The notes below the pieces were generated by a model. The model ran no database searches. It was not told where the DNA came from and was given only the letters and a program-made list of their open reading frames with translations. This document shows, in pieces, positions 51,132-60,264 of a stretch of 64,000 nt of DNA (position 1 is the first letter of the stretch; each line of letters starts with the position of its first letter). A program made the position numbers and the translations under genes. Origin of the DNA: Candidatus Pacearchaeota archaeon (GTDB lineage: Archaea > Nanobdellota > Nanobdellia > Pacearchaeales > JAPDKA01); the NCBI GenBank assembly GCA_038840695.1, contig JAWBVE010000003.1, forward strand, positions 16,784-80,783, read 5' to 3'.

Positions 51132-51974
51132 TTATTTAATCCTGAGAAGTCTTCTTACTCTTTCCTCAACTGGCGGGTGCGTCGAAAAAAGCTTGACAAG
51201 GCCACTTGCTGAAAAAGGGCTTACAATGAATAAATTTTCAGTTGCCTCAAAGCCTAATGCCTTGCTTGAAGGTATCTTTGTCTGGCGTTCTAGTTTTAGT
51301 AGTGCATTAGCAAGAGGCTTTCCATTGCCAATAAGCCTTGCACCAGATTCATCTGCAAGGTACTCACGACTTCGCGAAATTGCTAATTGTATAAGCAAAG
51401 CAGCAAGTGGTGCAATGATTGCAATTAAAAGTAATGCAATTAAGCCGAGTATATTCCCTCTATTTTCCCCTTCGAAGCTGCCCATCATAATGTTCCATCT
51501 TATCATTGCAGCCAAATACATTACAACTCCTGCAAGAACACTTGCAATTGTTGCTATCAAAATATCTCTGTTTTTAACATGGCTTAGCTCATGACTTATA
51601 ACTCCGACGAGCTCTTCTCTGCTTAACATGTCCATAATTTTTCTTGTCACAACAACAGCACTGTGCTTTGGATTTCTGCCAGTGGCAAAGGCATTGGCTA
51701 CAGGAAATTCACTCACATAGAGCTTTGGTACTGGTATTCCTGCTTTTTTTGCAAGCTTTTCAGTTTCATGATAAAGCCAATGTTGTCTTGGCAATGGCTT
51801 TGCTCGATATAAGAATAAAACTATTTTATCAGAAAAATAATAGCTAAATAAATTCATAGCCAGCACAATGATAAATGCAATTATTAGCCCTGTTCTGCCA
51901 AAAATGCTTCCTATTGCTAGCACAATAGCTGTTAGCACTAAGAGCAACAAAAATGTTTTAATGCGATTGTCCAT
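51132..51974 (-). CDS. htpX: Zinc metalloprotease HtpX (M48)
   Basis: NAFATGRNP, HELSH, SRSREYLAD, STHPPVEER. Confidence 0.95.
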   Translation of the reverse strand: MDNRIKTFLLLLVLTAIVLAIGSIFGRTGLIIAFIIVLAMNLFSYYFSDKIVLFLYRAKPLPRQHWLYHETEKLAKKAGIPVPKLYVSEFPVANAFATGRNPKHSAVVVTRKIMDMLSREELVGVISHELSHVKNRDILIATIASVLAGVVMYLAAMIRWNIMMGSFEGENRGNILGLIALLLIAIIAPLAALLIQLAISRSREYLADESGARLIGNGKPLANALLKLERQTKIPSSKALGFEATENLFIVSPFSASGLVKLFSTHPPVEERVRRLLRIK

Positions 51975-52070
51975 TTTTTGCTTTTATTTTGCGCTTTTAT
52001 TTTACTTTTAATTTATTCTTAATTTATTTTATTCTTTACTTAAAAATCTTTCTTTTTCAAACTTTCTTTT

Positions 52071-52640
52071 TCAAAACCAGATCCCTTCAAACCTATAAAT
52101 TTTCGTTCTCTCGTCGAGCCATGAATCTGAGCTTAAGCCTGCCTTTAGGCATGTCTGTTGTAAAAAGGTTAGGGCATCAAAGTTAAACTCAAGCGCAACT
52201 TGTGGCAACAAAAGGCCACTCTTAATACCATCACTTACAATCAAACCATGCTTTCCTATAATTATATTTGCAATAATTTCGTCTAGGTTTTTAGTTTTTA
52301 TTTCTTCAGGTTGTGAAAGCAAGCTTATTTCAATAGCAATTTTTTTAAGTTCATCTTTGGTTAGAGGCATAAATCGAGGATCAGCAAAAGCAGAAAGCTT
52401 TGCAGCTTCAATGATTGCCTTGCCGAGAGGCCTTGCCGTTGGAAAACCTATGCATCCTCTAAGCTCATTGTCAATTTTAAGCGTTACAAAAACTCCTGCT
52501 GAAATTCTGTCAAGCTCTTTTGCTAATTCTTTAATTTTCTTGATGTCGTCAGCATTAGCCTTCTCGCTGAATTCAGTTTTAATAGCTAAAAATGCCAGTT
52601 CCTTAGCTTTCTTTTGTTGTGGTTTTGTTATTGTTAGCAT
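52071..52640 (-). CDS. AMMECR1-domain protein
   Basis: GVFVTL, LRGCIG, DPRF, SGLLLPQVA, CLKAG. Confidence 0.93.
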   Translation of the reverse strand: MLTITKPQQKKAKELAFLAIKTEFSEKANADDIKKIKELAKELDRISAGVFVTLKIDNELRGCIGFPTARPLGKAIIEAAKLSAFADPRFMPLTKDELKKIAIEISLLSQPEEIKTKNLDEIIANIIIGKHGLIVSDGIKSGLLLPQVALEFNFDALTFLQQTCLKAGLSSDSWLDERTKIYRFEGIWF

Positions 52641-52651
52641 TTTGCAGCATT

Positions 52652-53239
52652 CTATAAGCCCAAATTTAAGTTTAGATATTCATTCAATAGCCTCAAATCT
52701 CTTAAATGTTTCTCCTTTCGCACGCTTTCAGCGATTGCCTGCTTTTTTAAATTTATTAAATCATCTAAGCTAATTGTTGGTATCTCGATTGAATAAAAAT
52801 TAAATTTTACAATTTTATTGAAATCAATATCATAATCAAAAAATTTTTTGCAAGGATAAAGTGTGCCTACCGGGATGTCATAGGCAGTCTTGAGCCAGGT
52901 TGGTGAGAGCTTTGAATTGTTTACAATAATATCAATATCACTACATCCTCTATACTTTATTGCCTCCTTGAGACTGATTTTATTTGCTAAGTGAAATAAA
53001 ACAGCAAATCCACCAAAAAAAGCCCAATCACTAATGCTTTTTTCATTTAAGTCATTTGCAATTGCAAAAGCTTTAATAAAATTCCTTCGATATTTTTCTT
53101 TTTTATATAATGCTAGATCAGCGAAAAATTGCTCGCTTAAATTATTTTTCTCAAGCTTCAAAATTAATTTTTCTATATAATCATTTTGTTGTATTTCTAA
53201 ATCTTCAATGCTATGTTCAACGTTCATTTCCCTCGCCAT
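52652..53239 (-). CDS. Pol-beta-superfamily nucleotidyltransferase
   Basis: FFGGFAV, RGCSDIDI, LDDLINLK..RKEKHLRD. Confidence 0.7.
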   Translation of the reverse strand: MAREMNVEHSIEDLEIQQNDYIEKLILKLEKNNLSEQFFADLALYKKEKYRRNFIKAFAIANDLNEKSISDWAFFGGFAVLFHLANKISLKEAIKYRGCSDIDIIVNNSKLSPTWLKTAYDIPVGTLYPCKKFFDYDIDFNKIVKFNFYSIEIPTISLDDLINLKKQAIAESVRKEKHLRDLRLLNEYLNLNLGL

Positions 53240-53261
53240 TTTTATTTAGTTTTGCGTGGTT

Positions 53262-53702
53262 TTATTTAGCTAAATGGCTCATTAAGTTATTTAATGGTAT
53301 ATCAAAAGTGTAAACCCCGACAGCATAACCCATTTCTTTAATTTCTTTCGCAGCATAGGCACATTCTAAATCGGCTTTACTAATCCTTCTCCTTTCTTTG
53401 CCATTGTTTGAATTCACATTAATAAATAAACTAACCATCTCTTTTTCGCAATCTATTTCAGGCATATAATCAAAATGTGGCAGGCTACAAATAAGATTAA
53501 ATTTTTTTATATTCTCAGGATTTTTTACATAATTTAGGAATTCTTTTACTACAGCTTTAGGGATTACTAAATTGGCATGATTTTCATTTACTAAAGCAAG
53601 AAGTTTTTCATAGCTGAGGCTAAGTAAAGCAGATGTATCGAGTATAATCACTTTCTCTTTCTTCGCTTTCATTTTAGTATTTGTTGCGGTTGCGGTTGGC
53701 AT
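53262..53702 (-). CDS. PIN-domain protein
   Basis: ILDTSALL, KEF, KADLECAYAA, YTFD; ATG 53702 fits TATA spacing better than the track start 53717. Confidence 0.7.
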   Translation of the reverse strand: MPTATATNTKMKAKKEKVIILDTSALLSLSYEKLLALVNENHANLVIPKAVVKEFLNYVKNPENIKKFNLICSLPHFDYMPEIDCEKEMVSLFINVNSNNGKERRRISKADLECAYAAKEIKEMGYAVGVYTFDIPLNNLMSHLAK

Positions 53703-53777
53703 ACATATTAAAAGCAAGCAGCATTTAAAAATGTTATTATTTTTGCCACTTTAGAATAAGAAAAAAAGTCTTAAGTC

Positions 53778-56700
53778 TTAATATCTGCGCCTTTTTGCAA
53801 TAACTAGTATGACTGATATAACAATTAATACTGCAAGCAAGCCGATCACTACGATGTGCCAATTGCCTTTGAGCCAGCCAATGACGCCGCCTGTGACTGG
53901 CACAACTGGAAGCCTATCGACGAACAAGCCAATGATTGAGGCTGAGTTTATTAATGCTATCACTTCCTTTTTCTCTTTGTCATGGACACTCTCTATTTTT
54001 TTCCATCCTCCGTCATAGCTATAGATAAACAAATTAGCCCCTTCAGCAAAGCCTTCATTGTATTTTATTATTAGCTCAACATCCTCACTAAACCTGACAT
54101 CTGGCGTAAACTTGTATGCTCTAACTAAATAAACATCTTGTGGCAATGTTGGAAGTAGCGTTAGGTCTGTAATTTTCTCAATCTTTATTTTGCTTGGGTC
54201 AACTTTGTCACCTTTTGAGTCTGTTATGTCTATGCCTGAGTTCAAAGTTATGATCAAAAGGCCATCGTCACTTTTAATTTGGATTGTTTTTGGTGTTGAT
54301 GTTGGCTTAGGTGTTGTGGCATTTCTTGGTGTCGGCGCGCAATCAAGAGCGCAGTTACTTGAATTTTCTCCAAGCCAGCTCTCGCATATTTTATTGCCAC
54401 AAACATAGGCAGGAGGAGCTGCGCCGCCACCGCCACCACCCTTGCCTTCTTCCTCCTCTTCTGTTGTTTCTTGTTTAACTGTAAAGCTAATGGTATTCCA
54501 AGCTGAAGTGCCGTGAACATCTGTAACTTTTACTTTGACAACATAATTGCCAGGATTACTATAAGTATGACTTGCTGTTGAATCATTTATTTTTTCCTCA
54601 TCAAAGGTTCCATCATTTGTCCAATCCCATTCATATGTTATATTATCAGTTGTATCAAATTGGCCACTTATTATTGCATTGAATAATACTGGCTTATCTT
54701 CCATATAAGGTGAAGAGCTCGTTATGCTAATTATGACTGAAGGTAAAGATGAACTATTACTTAGATTCAATGGCGTGTTATTTGATGCATTATATGTGAA
54801 GTTTTCTGTTGTGATTGTGCCATTGTAAAGTATGCCATCTGTTATGTTTGCATCTATTAGCGTCGCATTTGAAAGGTTTGTATTTACAATTGTTGAGTTT
54901 GTTGCAGTAACATTTGTAAGGTCGGAGTCTGTGACATTTGAATTTAAAAGCGTGCATGCTGTTAGCTCTGAACCTGTTGCATTTGAACCTGTAAGCACAC
55001 AATCTATTATCGTAGAGCTGTCCGCTGCTGAATCTGTGAGTGTTGAATTCTCTACTCTTGAATCTACTGCTGTTGAATTATCTAAAGTTGAATTGCTGAT
55101 TGTCGAGTTATCTGCTAAGGAATTTGTTAGGGTTGAGTTTGTGATCTCAGAATCTGTGACAATTGAGTTTGTCAAATTTGAGCTTTCAATTGTTGAGTTG
55201 CTGACATTCGAATAGGTGATATTTGCCTCGTTTATTATAGCATTATCAACATTGGAATATGTTATATTTGAATAGCTAACGTTGGAGTAAGTAACATTCG
55301 ATTGATATGTATATGAGTTTGTTAGGTTTGAACCAGTTAAGTTGTTAGTTGGCTGTGGTGGATCATAGATTCCATTAGCAAGATAGCAATTTGAAGCTAT
55401 TATGCCTTTTACTGTTGCATTGATTACCGTGCAATTAGTTAAAATTGAATTATTGATTATTGATGCTGTTGCATTTACTGCTGTTAGCCATGAATTTTCT
55501 ATTGTTGAATTATCTATATTTGAATCTAAGATTAAAATATCCTCACTAAAGTTACCCCCAGCTGATGCCTTAATAGTTGAGAAATTCTTTATTATCGAAT
55601 CATTTATGTTATCGAATATTCCCGTCGATTGATTTTCATAGAATGTGTCATTTACAGTCGAATTATAGATCCAACCACTGTCTGTGGTTGTGACGTTTGT
55701 TGTTGTTGATGTAGTATTGCTAATGCTTGTATTCGAATTGCTTGTCGCAATTACATCTATAACATAAATTCCAGGATTTGAATCACTAACAGTGAGACTA
55801 GCTATATAACTTTCTCCTTGATTTAACATAGGTGTTGTTGTTGCATTCAAAATTGCTTGATCAGCATTATTAATATTTTGCACTGTTAAATTAAAGCTGT
55901 CTGGAGTATCGCCGATGTTTGTTATGGTTATTGTATAAACGGCTGGCACAAGTAAGCCGACAGTTTGTGATGATGGAGTTGCTGTTATGCTTACACCATA
56001 GTCTGGAACCGGGTTAACTGTTACAATAATAGTGTCATTTGCGCTGTATTCGCCATCTGATGCTATAAATGTAACCTCTGCAATTCCATTCCAATTTGGG
56101 CTTGCTGTTATATTAATTCTTGTGCCAACAAATGTGACAATAACATTACTATTATTCGAAGTAAATGAATAAACTAGTGTTGCATTATCAACATCCGCAA
56201 AGTAATTTGTCATATCGAGGCTATCATTGTAACTATCTTCATCGAAAGTTACATCTGGGATTGACGTGATTAAGTAAGGAGCATCATTTACTGGGTTGAC
56301 TGTGATTGTAACAATCGCTGTTGCCTGTGCACCATCGCTGTCATTGATCTGATATGTAAAGGAGTCAGTTCCGTACCAATCCGCATTTGGAGTGTAATTG
56401 ATTTGATTGCCTATAATTACTGCAGTACCGTTTGTTGGTGTGGTAATTATCGAATCGAGAATGACTGGGCCTTCTACATCTGTATCATTGGCTAGTACAT
56501 CGATTAGTATTGAGACATCCTCATCTGTTATTGCACTATCATCATTGGCAATTGGTGCATCATTGACAGGATTGACTGTGATTGTAACAATCGCTGTATC
56601 AGTCAGTCCGCCTGAGTCAATGACTTGGTATGTAAATGTATCAATACCATAAAAGTTTGCAGCTGGTGTGTACTCAATTTGATTGCCTATAATTACTGCA

Positions 56701-59700
56701 GTACCGTTTGTTGGGCCAACTACTATACTATCTAGGGTTGGTGTGCCGTCCTCAATATCACTGTCATTGGCTAGTACATCGATTAGTATTGAGACATCCT
56801 CATCTGTTATTGCACTATCATCATTGGCAATTGGTGCATCATTGACAGGATTGACTATGATAGTGACAGTTGCAATATTTGAGTCAAAAGTTCCATCATT
56901 AGCAACATAGGTAAAAGAATCTGTTCCAAACCAATTGGTATTTGGAGTATAATTGAAAGAGCCATCTGAGTTTAAAGTTAGGATGCCATTTGAAACGTCT
57001 GTGACTAATAGAGCTGTTAATTGGTCACCATCAACATCGCTATCATTGGTTAGAATGCCTTGAGCTGCAATATTCAGAGGTTTATCCTCATCAGTTGTGT
57101 AGATATCATCAGCAGCAACTGGCGCATCATTTACTGGATTGACTGTTACTAAAATATCATCAGAGCCTGATGCACCGTCAGGATCTGTGGCTATAAATGT
57201 GACAGTTTCTGTACCGCTCCAGTTAGCAGGGGCTGTAAAGTTGACAGCATGGCTAACAGGATCGATTGTTATAATAATATTGATATTACCTGTAGTTATC
57301 CAGCTTAACTGATCTGGGCTATTGTCAACATCTGTTACATAATCATCTAAATCGAGCAGATCATAGAAGCTGTCCTCATCAAATGTTACATCTGGTATGC
57401 CTGTCACAACAGGGGCATCATTGATAGGTGTGACATTAATATTGACTGTTGCACTCACTATGCCACCATTACCATCATCAGCTTGAACAACACAGGTTGC
57501 AAGGCCATACCAATCTTGAACTGGGGTCATCTCAAGATTATTGCCAGCAATGTTGCAATCTACCTCAGCCGGATTTTCTCCTATTATGGAGAATGTTAGA
57601 GTATCTCCATCAACATCAGAGAAATATGGGCTAATATCTACTGATGTTGTGCCCGAATCCTCCGCTATTGCTTGATCTGGTATGCCTGTGGTTGTCGGCG
57701 CATCATTTGCAGGAGTTACATTAATTGTTACAATTGCAACATTACTATTGTCCATGCCATCGCTTGCTACATAGCTGAAGCTATCAATGCCGTTGAAGTT
57801 GGCATTTGGGGTGTATGTGAAGGAACCATCTTGGTTTAATGTTAGGACACCATGACTGACATCACTAACAAGAATTGCTATTAAAGCATCACTATCAGTA
57901 TCATTATCATTTGCAAGCACGCCCGCCGGAGCCGAGATGCTTAATAGTTCATCTTCATTAGTTTCATAATAATCATTATTTGCGATAGGCGCATTATTAA
58001 TTACAGTTGTTGTTATGTTTTGTGTCTCATTATAAAGGACATTTATTGTTGAATTGGCATAAACTTTCACTACATAATTTCCTGGCGTAGCTGAGCTTAC
58101 GTTTAGCTCAACAAGTTCGCTCTGACCTGCTTGCAATGTAATGCTATTTGTGCTTAGCCAGACATTCGCACCATTATAATTTATAACGCCAAGCGCAAAG
58201 TTATTCCAAACATTTCCAGTGTTTGTTATATTAATGATATAAGTTGCGTTGACATTTTTTGAAACTGTTCTTGCATAGCTATCACTCTCCAAGATAACAC
58301 CAAGTTGCAAATCATTACTAAATCCTCTCGTGCATTGCTGGAATTGCCAATCACTTAAAGTATTAGTATCTTGACCATTCGGCACTCTCGCCCAGCAAAG
58401 ATCATTGCCAAGAGTGTCAGCAAAGTTATAAGATACATCATCAACAACCTGATCGAAATTATCATATAAAGTCAAATTTTCACCAGCATTGTTTAATCTA
58501 TTGCCTGCATTTATAATCATATAATCATTAGCTCCAATAATACCACTAAGGGTAAACTTATTAGCATTCCCTCCGTCATAAATGTACCAGCCTGTTACGT
58601 CAACATCACTTGCTGCCGGGTTATAAAGTTCTATCCAATCTCCACTAGAGCTACCATTATTGCTCTCAAATTCATTGATCACGATGTGTGCTGGAGGCAA
58701 GAGAACTAGGAATGTATAATTGCTGCTTGCAAATCCATGATTGCCCCCATCATCAACACATTCAACATTCCAAGCATAAACGCCATTTTGCAAGCCTGTA
58801 AAAGTATAACTACTCGTGCTTCCATTCAAAACTTGCTGGTTTGCATTGACTTCCCATACCCCAGTCGTATTAGACCAAACATAACACATGAGCTCAGTAT
58901 CCATATTATCAGTTACACTATAGCTTACAGTAACATTGCCATCATTGTCAATACTGCCATTAGCCGGCGAGATTAAAGTTACGAGAGGCGCTTCTGTATC
59001 AGGAACATTAACACTAAACGTCACGCTTGCAGAACCAACATTTTGGCTTTCATCTCTTGCATAAATTACAAGATTATAAGCGCCATTAGCTAAATTTAAA
59101 GTAGTATTTTGGCAGCCAGGCAAGTTTTGAGGAGTTCCACCATTTAATACATACCAGCATGCCTCTATGCCATCATCGTCACTAACTGAATACTCTAGTT
59201 GGATTGGCAAGGAATCATAAGTTACGCCATCTTGAGGGCTGTAGATAATTACTTGGGGGGCAGCAGTATCTCTAACTATAATTGTCTTTGTCCTACTTCT
59301 TTCATCACCATCAGCGTCTCTTGCTGTTAAAGTGACTGTATATGTTCCCCTTACAGCATAAGCATGACTGACACTTTGGCCGCTTGCAGTGCTTCCATCA
59401 CCAAAATCCCAGCTAAAGCCTGAAATGCCATCAAATGCTGTCGCACTAGCAACAAAGTTCACAAGCTGGCCGACAGAAGGCGAGCTTGGGCTGAAGCTAA
59501 AGTCAACGTTTTCTGGAGCTGTATCTGTTACAGTTGCACTCCAACCAGCTCCGCTACTTGCTTTACCATCACTAACTATGACAGCAATATTGAAAACCTC
59601 ATTGCTATCAACATTAGGCACTTGCCAGATAAAGCTATTGCCGCTTGAGCTTTGCTGTTGGTTATTAACATACCAGCTATAACTTATGCTATCCCCATTA

Positions 59701-60242
59701 GGATCACTTGCAGTAATGCTAAAGCTCTGACTTAATGAGGCTTCACTAATGCTGAATGTGTTTTGGCTTGGGTTTTTGCTTGTTATTTGTGGTGGCTGAT
59801 TTGCTCCTTCAAAATAAATCCTTAATGTTTGGCTTGTTGCAGTTTTGCCGCTTTTATCTTGTGTTTTTGCATAGAAGCTATGCCATCCAGCAGTGGAATG
59901 TGTTATTATAGCTGTTAATGCACAAGTGCTGCTACCAGCACAATTTTTCTCATATTTCAAGCTTCCATCTTCAAAGAGTTTTATCCATCTAAGGCCAGAA
60001 TTATCGCCTGGATCAAATGCATTTGCAACCAGTATTGATTGTGAAAGGCTTGGATCATGAGAGGTTTCAGCTAGGGTAATTGTAGGTGCAAGATCAAAAG
60101 CAAAGCTAAAGCTCAATTGCATAATTCCAACTATCAAAATTGCCAAAAATGCTGCCAAGGCTTTTAGAGCATAGCCCAAGCTGCCCTGGCCCTTGCCGCT
60201 TTGCCTTTTTTTTGATCCTTTTTGGTTTTGCATGTTTTGCAT
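53778..60242 (-). CDS. Giant multidomain surface adhesin (PKD, Ig-like, lamin-tail-like, 7 cadherin-like repeats, beta-helix, TM anchor)
   Basis: Signal peptide, WDFGDG, VINEF..DWIELYNP, seven N(N/D)AP repeats, NST-rich solenoid, CGNKICE..NC..DC, C-terminal TM. Confidence 0.82.
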   Translation of the reverse strand: MQNMQNQKGSKKRQSGKGQGSLGYALKALAAFLAILIVGIMQLSFSFAFDLAPTITLAETSHDPSLSQSILVANAFDPGDNSGLRWIKLFEDGSLKYEKNCAGSSTCALTAIITHSTAGWHSFYAKTQDKSGKTATSQTLRIYFEGANQPPQITSKNPSQNTFSISEASLSQSFSITASDPNGDSISYSWYVNNQQQSSSGNSFIWQVPNVDSNEVFNIAVIVSDGKASSGAGWSATVTDTAPENVDFSFSPSSPSVGQLVNFVASATAFDGISGFSWDFGDGSTASGQSVSHAYAVRGTYTVTLTARDADGDERSRTKTIIVRDTAAPQVIIYSPQDGVTYDSLPIQLEYSVSDDDGIEACWYVLNGGTPQNLPGCQNTTLNLANGAYNLVIYARDESQNVGSASVTFSVNVPDTEAPLVTLISPANGSIDNDGNVTVSYSVTDNMDTELMCYVWSNTTGVWEVNANQQVLNGSTSSYTFTGLQNGVYAWNVECVDDGGNHGFASSNYTFLVLLPPAHIVINEFESNNGSSSGDWIELYNPAASDVDVTGWYIYDGGNANKFTLSGIIGANDYMIINAGNRLNNAGENLTLYDNFDQVVDDVSYNFADTLGNDLCWARVPNGQDTNTLSDWQFQQCTRGFSNDLQLGVILESDSYARTVSKNVNATYIINITNTGNVWNNFALGVINYNGANVWLSTNSITLQAGQSELVELNVSSATPGNYVVKVYANSTINVLYNETQNITTTVINNAPIANNDYYETNEDELLSISAPAGVLANDNDTDSDALIAILVSDVSHGVLTLNQDGSFTYTPNANFNGIDSFSYVASDGMDNSNVAIVTINVTPANDAPTTTGIPDQAIAEDSGTTSVDISPYFSDVDGDTLTFSIIGENPAEVDCNIAGNNLEMTPVQDWYGLATCVVQADDGNGGIVSATVNINVTPINDAPVVTGIPDVTFDEDSFYDLLDLDDYVTDVDNSPDQLSWITTGNINIIITIDPVSHAVNFTAPANWSGTETVTFIATDPDGASGSDDILVTVNPVNDAPVAADDIYTTDEDKPLNIAAQGILTNDSDVDGDQLTALLVTDVSNGILTLNSDGSFNYTPNTNWFGTDSFTYVANDGTFDSNIATVTIIVNPVNDAPIANDDSAITDEDVSILIDVLANDSDIEDGTPTLDSIVVGPTNGTAVIIGNQIEYTPAANFYGIDTFTYQVIDSGGLTDTAIVTITVNPVNDAPIANDDSAITDEDVSILIDVLANDTDVEGPVILDSIITTPTNGTAVIIGNQINYTPNADWYGTDSFTYQINDSDGAQATAIVTITVNPVNDAPYLITSIPDVTFDEDSYNDSLDMTNYFADVDNATLVYSFTSNNSNVIVTFVGTRINITASPNWNGIAEVTFIASDGEYSANDTIIVTVNPVPDYGVSITATPSSQTVGLLVPAVYTITITNIGDTPDSFNLTVQNINNADQAILNATTTPMLNQGESYIASLTVSDSNPGIYVIDVIATSNSNTSISNTTSTTTNVTTTDSGWIYNSTVNDTFYENQSTGIFDNINDSIIKNFSTIKASAGGNFSEDILILDSNIDNSTIENSWLTAVNATASIINNSILTNCTVINATVKGIIASNCYLANGIYDPPQPTNNLTGSNLTNSYTYQSNVTYSNVSYSNITYSNVDNAIINEANITYSNVSNSTIESSNLTNSIVTDSEITNSTLTNSLADNSTISNSTLDNSTAVDSRVENSTLTDSAADSSTIIDCVLTGSNATGSELTACTLLNSNVTDSDLTNVTATNSTIVNTNLSNATLIDANITDGILYNGTITTENFTYNASNNTPLNLSNSSSLPSVIISITSSSPYMEDKPVLFNAIISGQFDTTDNITYEWDWTNDGTFDEEKINDSTASHTYSNPGNYVVKVKVTDVHGTSAWNTISFTVKQETTEEEEEGKGGGGGGAAPPAYVCGNKICESWLGENSSNCALDCAPTPRNATTPKPTSTPKTIQIKSDDGLLIITLNSGIDITDSKGDKVDPSKIKIEKITDLTLLPTLPQDVYLVRAYKFTPDVRFSEDVELIIKYNEGFAEGANLFIYSYDGGWKKIESVHDKEKKEVIALINSASIIGLFVDRLPVVPVTGGVIGWLKGNWHIVVIGLLAVLIVISVILVIAKRRRY
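56485..56856. repeat. Recent intragenic domain duplication (279-bp period)
   Basis: 93 bp identical at 56485-56577 and 56764-56856. Confidence 0.9.
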
Positions 60243-60264
60243 GTTCCTTTTTTAAATCATTTTT

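Noticed and set aside
50069-52640. AmmeMemoRadiSam system
   Set aside because: No Memo gene, HtpX intervenes, and the radical SAM looks like a different archaeal family
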